DNA from: Phoronis australis
Lineage: Eukaryota > Animalia > Phoronida
NCBI GenBank assembly: GCA_002633005.1
Contig: NMRA01000804.1
Span: forward strand, 1 to 64,000
Length of the DNA stretch: 64,000 bases
Direction of reading: 5' to 3'
The translations under genes and the position numbers were made by a program. This document shows, piece after piece, positions 1-11,681 of this stretch. Each line of letters opens with the position of its first letter. The stretch's first letter is position 1. Under the pieces are notes generated by a model. It was not told where the DNA came from and did not search any database. It worked only from the letters and a program-made list of their open reading frames with translations.

Positions 1-1789
1 GATGTTCTGAAGCTGGTACAACCATAGAATATAGACTACAGTCTATGGTACAACATATTGAACTTCTGCACTGCCACAACTCTAGTAAAAACTGCACAAT
101 ATGCGAGTCCTCCCTCATAAATGCAAATTAGGTAGGGTAAACAAAACAATGCTCGTGCGTTTTCCATCTACTTGGATCTGAGTGTTAGGCCTGTTGATGA
201 CAACGAGAATTTCTAAAAAGATATCAACTACCGGTAAATTATCAAACACTTGTAACTATGGAATTCCCATAATTTTCAGGATTGTCACAAACTCATTCTT
301 CCAGATGAAAACCATCCATTCTCAAGTTAGACTCTTGGAGCGAACTGTATTCATTTGTATTGCCTGTCTGATGATGTTGTCGGCAAAAATTCGGTTCACC
401 GTTCGTGACACGGATATTTGCGATTGTTGTCCGGGATTTGGTAAAATATGCAGCAAGATTCAGAAGTAATTTCACCTAAAATGTCTGATAGTTTAATCAT
501 CTCCATGAAATATATAATAATTTTGATACATTCTGTATACAGTGCTAAGAGTGCAAAATAACCATAGAAAATACGCATGCGCGAGGTTTAATAAAGCTTA
601 CATTAAACCGAGAACCAATAATGATAAGTAATTTAAAGATGGGCGATAAGACACCCACTATAACAATAGCATTACAAATTGATATGCTGGTGGATGAAAA
701 ATGGCCAAGCAATCAAAGGATGCACTTGATAACAAATATCCGATTTGGAATTATGGTGGGTACAACTGAATGTGCAATGTTTCAAAAAAAACAAAATTCT
801 TCAAATTGTTAAATTGTAGCTTTATTACACAACTATCCCTAAAACAAGTGAATATCAATTATCACATCAATCAAAATGAAATGAAACCAAACATTGTATT
901 TTTATCCCTAAAACCTCGAATTGATTTTATTTTCCGAATGGCTGAATCATACAGACTGAAGCACAGAAGTTGTAGGCAACACGTAAACTCTCGGCTGGCT
1001 ATGCCTACGATATTACGGGTGATGTAACTGCCTGCACAGAAAGAAGTACACAATGTGTACCAGTTAGACGTAATTTGATTGTCACTTTTGAAGTTGTATT
1101 TTTCTGGCAGTTGGTTTATTTTCATTTAAAGTTTTTGGTACCGTTTTGTACGAAAGCAGCAACCGAGACTCCGCACTCGGCATAACGAACTGCAGGTTGC
1201 ATTGGCGACATGAAATTTGGAAATGCGAGCCTAGATTATAGACATCTTGTACCTAGCCACCAGGAAATTCCCGGCAACCTACTCGAGCCGTTTTTTTTTG
1301 GGGGGGGGGTGTAAAATAGATAGGCCTACCTGGTTAACATAAAGCAACTCGAAAAACACATTTATTTTACACGCAATATGTACAGATTATCCTATTATAA
1401 TATCACCTACGGCAATATCGCACTGCAGCACTGTCATGAATTCTCATGATGATGAAGTGAAAGTGAGTCATATCCTGTTTTTTCATTGAACTCTGGCAAA
1501 AGGAAGAGTTGTTACATAATAGTTCCTGTGAGTAGTGACCTCAGCATATCAATGTTATTGTTTCAGTGGATATGGTTGTCTGGTAAACAAGTCACTTTCC
1601 ATATATGGCATGCCAGGACCAGATTGTGGAATTCCATTCATAAAAGTTTATTATTTGTGTTGCTTTCACAGAAACTGACTCAAATACACCCAAAACCCAC
1701 ACATATTTTGAGTTGCTATATGGACTGTAGTGAGTCCCAATAAACTTGTTACAAAGTTAAAATTACTCCCCACAGTTGCTGGCTATAAC

Positions 1790-4700
1790 CAGGAAGAGAT
1801 AACCAGGAAGGGACAACTAGCAAAACCGCCGTTTTTGACCTCCTTCCCCGGACAAATTTCAGGACTTAAGTTTCGTTTAAAAGGAAACAGATGATTTTAT
1901 CAGAGAGATTAAAGCTTTTTCTTTAGAAGGATATCAAAAAACTCACTTTGCAACCTTAAACAGTGGTGTAATTGTACTTTGAAAATATCGACTTCAGCGC
2001 ACGCAATCGCAATTTCCCACACGCAGTCACGGGTATTTAAGCTTTTCCGTCGATGTATAGATGGCGCAGTAGTCAAGTACTCCCTCATTTGCATATCAAA
2101 TTTGCGTGTGGGAGTTCTGAGACTCTCGTCAGTTTAGTTGTTGTCGAGCGCTTGAGTGGATAAAGCGGTGACCTCCCGCTGAGAGCACGCGCTGATGAAG
2201 ATACAACAGCTAACTCGATCGCTTCGCAATCAGGAGGTGAAAACACTCTAATGACCGCAGTTCTGAATTCCAGCTAAATAAGCCCTATTTCGAGGAGCTG
2301 ATTGAATTGTTTCCGTCCCCAGACTGTGGATTGCAGAGAAGATTAGAATGAGGTCAACATCGAACTTTCTGCGGCTACCTATCGTGTTGACAAAAGTTTG
2401 AAGTGTCAGAACCGTAGACGGAGCGCGCGGGATTCTTTGGTTCCTGTTCTTCTTCAGTTGACGAAAACATTGCTATCGGCATAAAGAATGACCGTGGGAA
2501 ATTCATTTTGAGGTGGACACCTGTATCCAAGAATAAATATTAATACTCTGTAATATCTCACCCTCCGCGTTTCGTTTCTTTGACGTTGTTTGAGGTTGCG
2601 GTATCGTGAAACAACGCCGTCGGGTGAGAGAAGTTTTACCGAATAACTGGAATTGACTCCAGTTCTTTCCTTTAGAATGCCCGGACTCAATTGTGCCATT
2701 TTCTTGGCAAGTCTCTTGCCTGCCGAAAATTTTCTGAGCATTGAAGACATCGGCCTTCTCCTGCGCCAATCAACCTTTTATCTGCTACAGAAATGTTATG
2801 CCTAATTTTCTACCGTTTTAGCACACTTTGTGGCTCTGCTACAATTAGCACTGCCATATTTCTTAATTCCGCCACAGTATGCATACCTGGAAGTTAGTTT
2901 TGCTAAGTGTTTTTCCAAATTAAGCCACAACAGTTGTTCATCATTAAATGCCCCAGATTCCTCGACGCCATGGACACTTCCGTCAACACAAAACGCAACC
3001 TTGCCAGTCTTAAAAATTCGTATATATGTGTTACAATTGCTTCGAAGGACCGGCAGTAACCGTGGCTGGAATGTCGGCAGCTTCGTGACTAAGTCTACTG
3101 CTAACTCCTGTTGAAATTCTCCATACTTCAAAATTCTTGTTTGCAGGTGCTGATAATTGCCTTCAATGGTTTTCATAATAAGAGACTAGAAATCCGAGTT
3201 GTCACACACGCCCACAGGCCTGGTGCTGCCTTACATTTTCATTGGCCACCTTGCTACAGCCGAATTAGTGTCAACATTTGTGGTCACGTGCCGGGTACAG
3301 GCCCATGAGACAATTTGCAGCAACAAATTCAGTACGAATCCATAAACCCTTTTACATGCACAATTAAATGCGCAAAACTGCTCCTGTATTTACAACGAGT
3401 GCGTGTTGAAACACAACATTGACCTTGGACCAAAGATGGCCGTAACCGTGGCTGGAATGTCGGCAGCTTCGCGACTAAGTCTACAGCTAACTCCTGTAGA
3501 AATTCTCCATACTTCAAAATTCTTGTTTGCAGGTGCTGATAATTGCCTTCAATGGTTTTCATAATAAGAGACTAGAAATCCAAGTTGTCACACACGCCCA
3601 CTGGCCTGGTGCTGCCTTACATTTTCATTGGCCACCTTGTTACAGCCGAATTAGTGTCCACATTTGTGGTCACGTGCCGGGTACAGGTCCATGAGACAAG
3701 TTGCAGCGACAAATTCAGTACGAATCCATAAACCCTTTTACACGCACAATTAAATGCGCAAAACGGCTCCTGTATTTCTTAAACCTTTAATTTAATGCTC
3801 AAGCTATACAACGAGTGCGTGTTGAAACACAACATTGACCTTGGACCAAAGATGGACTCTTTGCATCAGGACCTTAGTAAGCGGGGAGAGGGCGAGTGCC
3901 ACCCCCAAAAAATTGCATGCCTCAGGGTTAAACCATGGCAACCGACAAAGGTGTGCAGCTGGGGAAAGATAAAAAAGAAAGACTTCGAATACTGATCAGA
4001 GAGAAAACTCAAGATAACTTTGACAACTCGGTATCAGTGTATGATTTACCATTTGAGGGCCCTGACCAGGACAATTGTTGTTAGGGTCTCCGTTTTTGCA
4101 GCATAGATCGTCTAAGCGCTCTTGAAAATGTGCATTTAATCATTCATGCATGTATTTCGAAAATTCGAGAAAATTTGTAAAGCAAAAATTTTGCGGAGCG
4201 TATTAATTCAGTCCAAGTTTTTGAGTGGTCCATAGGCGGTGCACTACAGGGGGGCTAAGGGGGCTTTAGCCCCCACTTTTTTCAGTGCTGCACCCTCTAT
4301 ACACCTCCGACATGACACTGCCAACTACTCACGAGGGCAAGTTGAGATTCCAAATTCATCAAAAACACAAAACATTAGTGCACAGCACAGAAGCTACCTT
4401 GTAAGAAATGACGATGTGTCACTGAACTTAGTTGAAGGCTGACTTGGGAAAATTCGACCAATCATCAGACCACCATGTCGCAATGAAGTACAATAACGGT
4501 GACAGTGGTAAGTTCATGAATGTCGAACAGCTCTAAATGTTTTATTGAATTAAAAACTAGACTATAGTGAAATTTAAAAAATGCAAACCGTAGATCCTTG
4601 TCCCAGTAGTATTGTGCAATGAATTTTGGTTCTTCGCGGGCTGAATCGTTTGCTAGCCATTCCCGTGCATAGTGCACAGGCTGGGCACGTCATGACTCAG

Positions 4701-5700
4701 TGACGTACCCACGTTAAAAATAACGTGTAGTCATGCATTAAGCCGACGTAGAATCCGCGGCCAGTGATTGACGAGAATTGAACTTGAAGTGCAGGCGTTG
4801 AAGTGTGTACATTTTTGGGACACACGTTCATTTTCCCCAGCCTCCCGGCACTAAGCTGGACAAGTGGCCTTGTTTCAACAAGGAATTTTGATGAGCTCTA
4901 TAGGCCAAGGATTTCGGGGACCATACCTTTCAAAAAAAAATCTTCAGGGAATGACCCTATTAAAATGAACTTTTCCGGCCGAAACTGGGGATCAAAAAGA
5001 GCCAGAACACGGGTATAGATTCTAGCTAAGCCGCACGTCCCAAATGAATCATAGCGGAGCTGACCAGCGACTAGCATTAGTTCATCGAATTGCACGTGCA
5101 TGGATCAGACTTCCCAGGGACCGCCACGACACCGGCCACCGAAGCTTAGGGCTAACGCTACTGAATTTCTGCTTCTAAATCTGGATTTAAGCAAAATGAC
5201 AAAGTCCACGCATACACACATGCAAGCGTATCCAAATACAATTAATGTATTTTCATGTGAAACCATATGCAATGTTCTTTGAACCTGGGTAAGTTCTTAG
5301 TTTTCTTAGAATCATAGATATACCCGATCAGACCGGTAGACTACTGCGTTTCAAGTCATAAACAAAGCTCGCGCCGTATGACGTCGTATGACGTAGCGAT
5401 GCGAACCTCATTTGCATATGTTAGTGACATCTGTTGGTTCAAAAAAGAGGCTCATGCCCGAGTACATGCCTGGGAAGAGGCATCTTTTGGAAGGGTAAAG
5501 CATGTCACGTTCAAAGCATCCCAGTGCCAGTAATATGCAGTCTTTGAGGACCAAAGTGGTGCTACTTTATAGCTAAAGAGTTAATCTTTCAAACCTAATG
5601 CTTGGATTCCAGATTACTTGAATATTTACTTTTAAAATCACGTTTGAAATCACGTTAAATTGCGCTAAAACAGTTGTCCCTTCCTGGTTATCTCTTCCTG
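1790..5700. mobile_element. TIR DNA transposon, decayed/non-autonomous, possibly P-element/THAP-related
   Basis: Perfect 29-bp TIR CAGGAAGAGATAACCAGGAAGGGACAACT (1790-1818 / 5672-5700) flanked by 7-bp TSD CTATAAC (1783-1789, 5701-5707); broken internal ORFs on the minus strand. Confidence 0.85.
3056..3854. repeat. ~386-bp tandem duplication inside the TIR element
   Basis: GTAACCGTGGCTGGAATGTCGGCAGCTTCG at 3056 and 3442; both copies give ORFs starting MKTIEGNYQHLQTRILKYGEF. Confidence 0.9.
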
Positions 5701-6634
5701 CTATAACTGAATGGCCAGGACCATACTACTGATTCTCTGAATAACACGCATATAGCTCAGTGACCCTGCAACCAGCATCAGTGGTGATGCCCAGCTATCT
5801 GACTGTACCTCTTACTTCACTTCATGGGTGTAAGCGGAGCTGTATGTTGGCACTTGCTGTCTTTTGTAGATAAAATTATCCTGGTTATGTCTAATGAATA
5901 GACGAAACTTGAATCAACATGAACTTTTTTTATTTGTGCGCCGATCGTCCGTTTAGATTGAATACAAAGGGAGTGCTGCCGTGAGCAGGCATTATAAAAG
6001 TTGTCCAAGGGCAAATTGATTCGCAGCGGTGACCAGTGTAAGCGATAAACTCTCCACGTGCAAAATCCGTTTTGCACATTCTAATTTTGTCAGCCTCGCG
6101 CCGCTCTCCCTCGGGTGAGCGGATGCATCCTTCAAGCTTTGATCTGCGGCATATGGCAGAACTGCCACCCACCTTTAGGCCTCTATAGCTCAACATATTA
6201 CATAACGTTTTATTTATCGATATTTGTAGTAGTAGTTCAGCTAGTCATAATACATACTCACCCCCCACCCTCGTTGTTTCACTGTAAACTAGCTTCGTTA
6301 TCGCACTTAGCGTAGAAGATTAATTGCTCGTGGTTGTTTCCTAGAAATATATGCGCATGCAGATACTTGACTAAACTAATGAAGAATTGGTTTAAGATTA
6401 GCAACAAGACTAGTAACACTCATGAAAAGTTGATGAAAGCCAGGTGAAGCACACTATTCAAAATAAAAATAACCTACTATCTGGGCATTGAAGACTGACC
6501 ATCAACTTCAAAAGCCGTTACATGGTAAAGCTGGACCAGTTTCGAAGAAATTAGCAATTTCATCACGTGTCAAAGTCAAGTCCAACCTTTAGCGTAGCGT
6601 TCAGTGATTGGCTGCTTTCTAGCTAATGTAAATA

Positions 6635-6818
6635 CATGGGCGGCGCACCACAGGCCGGGAGTTGAAGGGGAGGGGGGGGGGGGGGGCNGGGGGGGGGGCT
6701 ACAGCCCTCCACTTTGTTCAGTGCTACAGGGCTCATGGTCAATAGACGGTGCACCACAGGGCGGGACTTGGGGATTTACCCAGCCTCCCCACTTTTTTCA
6801 GATTCTGCGCCGCTCATG
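6635..6818. mobile_element. MITE-like element with 5-bp TSD
   Basis: TIR CATGGGCGGCGCA / TGCGCCGCTCATG; TSD AAATA at 6630-6634 and 6819-6823. Confidence 0.7.
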
Positions 6819-7062
6819 AAATAGGTCGTGGCCTATATGTTCGAGCAGCATTTCAGCGAGCACTTGCTGGTAAATCTGACTATTATTAACGCTTGGTTTA
6901 GACATCTTGTCTATTTGCATTGCGTCGAGACAATAGACAAATTGAAGAAGTCGGTCGACCAAGAGATTTTAATAATAGTTGTAACAATACATGCCACCAT
7001 CTCGAGCAATTTAGTTAAGTCATTTACTAGTGAATCTATGGCAGCGTATCTGGAGACTTGTG

Positions 7063-7199
7063 CAGGGGCGGATCCAGGATTCTGAGTGGGGGGGGGCAAT
7101 TAGACACCATTTTGCCCGTTAGACATTCGCATCCCCGAACTGCCTAATGGAATCTGGAGTATTTTAGGGGGGCATGGCCCCCTTCTAAATCTGCCACTG
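7063..7199. mobile_element. MITE-like element with 5-bp TSD
   Basis: Ends CAGGGGCGGAT / ATCTGCCACTG; TSD TTGTG at 7058-7062 and 7200-7204. Confidence 0.7.
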
Positions 7200-9700
7200 T
7201 TGTGCATCGTCTGCATCATGCATGTACCTGGCTAGAGTTCAATAACGCCAGGACCATCCTCAAAATTTAACCAAATCTCGCGTTCCCATTTAATACACGG
7301 CACTCATGATATCTTACGTAATCTCGCGAAGTCTTGCTTTTTTAGCGAGAGGGTTACTGAGCTTGGCTACCTTGAATTGATCTTTAAAACACTTGGTTTA
7401 GTGCAGTAGGCTATGGCCCGTGAGCTGAGGAGTCATAGAGTCCGACACGAGACAATAAATACAAGCGGACTCAGAGAATTCTGAAGTGGTTGAAATGACG
7501 AGAAATGAAATCAATCTGGATAGTATGCCAAAGAAAGGCCAAATGTCGATTCAAATTCAAATGCTACAGCCCATGACTCCGTGATCACCCACTTTTTAAG
7601 AACAGGATTGTGTAGCCGTGGAGTTTAAAACCTCCACCACGTCAGTAACTGTATGAAACAATATACAACTGTTAAGGAAAGTCGGCTTGGGATGGTACGT
7701 CATCGTTTGACGGTATACTTAATTGGTCACTTATGCTGGAACTAAAAGTCAAGTAATAAGAGTCATGTCTTAGAACACATTTATTTATGAAGCGAACACC
7801 AACACTACAGCAAGCAACAGGAATGCATCCCCTAACAGCAAAACAAATACACAGTGGCTGAGTGGATTGTTTAATAAAGACAAATAACGACAAAGTGGTT
7901 AATTTTGCATCTTTTGGGTCAGCAGCTGTTTTTAGACGAATATATATTTTTGGCAACATGAAGACCATGTGCGCACGCGCTGCCTTCAAAAATGATCTCG
8001 ATGAAAAGGTCTACATTCATTCAGGGTACAGAAAAACATGCTATAAGGTTGACGGACCAAACTTGTTTCTCGAGCATCAAAATGGACAGAAAAGACAAGA
8101 CGCATGGTTATCTGGAAGTCAACCTGCAAAACCCATGTGCTAGTCGTCTTAGTTACGAACAAGCCAGTCTCAGAAACAAGATGGTTCCTCTTTGCTGTGG
8201 GTAAATGCATTTATCATCGACAAAATAGCGCACCCTAAAAGCCTCTTGAACTATCTCTGCCCGGTTTCTTGAAAACTTAAAGGAGTATCACCGGCACAAG
8301 CGCTGTCACATTTTCTGAACATTTAGCGCGGTCAGTGTTATCACAAAAATCGAACTTGCGAATTGACAAGTTCCATGAAACACGGATACAGAACTGTCTG
8401 ATCAGAAGTTGGCGATCAAGCATTTTTAGCTGTTTTATTCTACAATTCCAGCTTCCAGCAGCACACGGATGAGAGTGGGACATGCGAATTAGTTGTGGTA
8501 GAGCTAACAATATCAGCTAAACACAGGACTGTGACTATACATCAGAATAAACAAGCCCTAAGTGAAATATTCGTGAAGACGCCTTTAGTTTAAAATTTGC
8601 TACTTTGGCAACAAATTCAAAAGAATTGTCACTTGACACTGGCTACACAAAACATACATCACGTTTTACATTTACATTAAGCTACAGACTTAAAGGAAGC
8701 AGAAAAGTAATCTAACAAAAGCTCCCCAATTCTGAATGTTGTTGATCAGTTGACCACTCCAAAATCAGTGATTGTCATTTCTTGTTATGGGTTGGTAAAG
8801 TTTTTCATATTTGTAGTTTTCAATTCAAAAACAGTTTTCTTTTGGAAAAGAAAAATGTCTTCTGTCAAACACGGAGCTCCATGGTCTTACACACGTTTTC
8901 AAAATGATGAAAATTTCCTAATCAAAATGATTTTTTTTTAAATTTTTCTTTAAAAAGAAAAAATCGCACTATTCATTGATGGTTCGCAATCCTCTTTAGG
9001 ATTTTTGATGTAACTTCAATGTTACTCAATGACTCACCATCATTTGCAGAAACTTATTGTTGTGTGCTACAACCACAACTAAAATCTTACAATCATTATT
9101 AAAATGAAACAGAATATTACATTGTAATATGCAACCACTCAAACACTCTCAAAGGAAATGCCATAAATTTCTAAACACAATCATTTTTTTGCTTTAGCAA
9201 AACTAGGTAGATCTGTTACTTTTGCATCCACTCAATAGCCACTCCATAGAAATCAACAGTACCCCTCACCAAGAATCTAACATGACATCTGCTGTGATTT
9301 CCTAAATGACAACTGCTCATGAACAACTCCTAAACAATGTAGTATTCACAAGGGTTAACGCTTGGGGTGTTTAAATGTGAAGCAAAACGAGGGTAATACA
9401 GAGAGCTGATCTGCACCAACTGCATTGCAAGTGTTGAAAATCAGGAGTGCTAATTTCTCAAACAATTCAGATTTCGTGTGAAAATAAAAGAAAAAAAATG
9501 ATTTCACACAATAAGTTTAAATGAGAAATGGGCATGAAATCCAGCTTTATAGAACAAATAGAGTTCACTTCATCAATTAACATTGAGTGAAAACTAAGCA
9601 TGGAATATTAGGGTGCAGAGGCTAAGCCTCACAAATAGGGTACCACACAACCCATGTCTCTTTTTTTGATAAATGTACTGCAAATTAAGAGCAGACAATC

Positions 9701-9936
9701 CACGCGTGCACCAAGGCGGGGATCAAGTGGCGAAGTGGGCAAAAAGGTCCTCTACAGAGAAACGAAGAGTCCAAAAAAGTAGAAAACGAGACAAAAGTCC
9801 ACTAAAAAGTCAGGAACTACCAAAATTCGGTGAATGCACAATTCACAGTTCTTAGCGTACCCGTTTTTTTTTCAGTAAAATGTCCACATTCTCAAATATT
9901 TGAGCCCCCCATTTTTTTAGGCTGGGTGCGCGCATG
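9701..9936. mobile_element. MITE-like element with imperfect 5-bp TSD
   Basis: TIR CACGCGTGCACC / GGTGCGCGCATG; flanks CAATC / AAATC. Confidence 0.55.
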
Positions 9937-10561
9937 AAATCATATTAAGTTAAATCCTGCCATTCTTCAGGAAGTAACCATGTATGCTTGAACAGATACA
10001 TCAAGCACACACTGTTCAACAAGTTGTTAAACCAATCAGAATATCATTCTGAATATAATTAACATCACATTATATATGTAGCTGAACAATATTTCTCATT
10101 TTGTCTGTTTTTTTACTTCAACTTTATGTCGCCTCCTTTTAAACTGGCATCAAAACAATGAGTAAGACCAAGTTTCATAGAGGAACAAAGGAAATGGACG
10201 TCACCAGCTGTAGCAATATTTGCAAAACCATCACTGGTCCACTGTTTGTTTTGCGACAGGGCCTTGAACGGAATACAAACCCACAAAGAGAACATCTCTC
10301 ATCAGCATTTCCACCAGGAACCTCAAACTACAGAAAAATTGGTTTGATTTATGAAATCAGCAAACTATATTAATGAGTACAACTTTCAAAATGGGGGATA
10401 AGAAACAACTATGACACAATCTAAGTTCGCTGTTTTGGAAACATTCAACCACAAAAATAGCATGAAGGCTCTCTACCAAACTCCCTTCTGAAGTTTTTCT
10501 TTCAAATGTATGGTTTACCCCAAAGTTGCTCATTTTCAATCAAAACTGCAATGGCTTGCTT

Positions 10562-11681
10562 TCACTGTATGCAGCATTCATCCTTCTTTTTTGGAGCAGA
10601 CGGATAAGACATAGGATATCCAACTGGGTAAGCTGCAGTGCTGGACTGTGGCTCATAGGGGTTACGGTAAATTGGCCTCGTAGCCAAGCCAACATTCAAC
10701 CCACTGGCTGTATCCGCAACACTCACTGGGTTATTAAGGGAAGATACAGGGGTACCTAACTTGGACTTTCGTGGGGTAATGGCAGGTCTTCCCCCAGCAC
10801 TAAGTGGAAGTGCTGACCTCTGTTGTTGGCTCTGTTCATTACCAAGAACCTCACTTTTGACATTTTGACGACTTAGCGAGGGTGCTAATGGATTTCTTTC
10901 AGGGCTAACATTCTTCACCGTGTGAAGACTAATGGCATGTTCATTCCTGTCATTCAGTAGGGGATGTGAAATAGGGGCATGCGAGGTAAAACGGGTGGAA
11001 GGGGTTTGACTTGGAATTACTTCCTTCACAGTCATTGTAGGGACATCGGACACTGGCCTGGTCGGGGGAGCTGGACCGATTTGAACCGAGTTCCTCAAAA
11101 ACTGGACCACAGGAACGCGGTTTCTCGCAGAACTACCTCCAAGCTGCTGGTCAATCTCTGAGTAAGGTGGTGGCATGTCCCCCACAAGGATATCATGGCG
11201 AGACGTAGCGACCTTACCAGAAACTGCTGCAGAAGTTGCAATGGAGGAAGCGGGTTCTAGCATGGACTCAGACGTCAGCAATGGTGAGTCAGTGATGTCA
11301 TTGACTGTATACTGTATAATATACTCGGGGTAACACTGCTGGCGCTCCGTTGCCATGTAAACAGCAGGATTGGCAAAATCATCCAATACTGTGTGAACAG
11401 ACGATGCCTGTGTACCAGATCCAACCAGACCAAGGGCAACACGGCCCACAAACATAAGCAGGGGGCCATCTGCTTTAGATGGCATTAAACGATGCATGAG
11501 GTGAGACGTTTTAGTAAAATAAACGCCGGAACCCAGGTTAACAAGGCCCTCGAGTTGCGGGCACTCAGACAGGAAGTTGTTCTTCACAATAAAGTTGACC
11601 AAATGTTTGTCACATGACCAACCATAGAAAAGCCTTGCTTCAGTATTAGTGCCGCTTGTCTGGGAGAGGTGCCGCCGTTTC
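10562..11681 (-). CDS. PARP12: PARP12/ZAP-like exon 9: PARP core (degenerate), low-complexity tail, CaaX
   Basis: EARLFYG...GSGVYF...MFVGRVALG...NPAVY...QCYPEYIIQY; ends KKKDECCIQ*; acceptor tttcttacag. Confidence 0.9.

Noticed and set aside
2084-5420. Octamer motifs (ATTTGCAT) suggesting snRNA or histone promoters
   Set aside because: They lie inside the TIR element and no snRNA, tRNA or histone gene is recognisable nearby.
7860-8510. Possible decayed transposase-like coding remnant
   Set aside because: Only short broken ORFs with vague Cys/His motifs; no TIR or TSD found to support a call.
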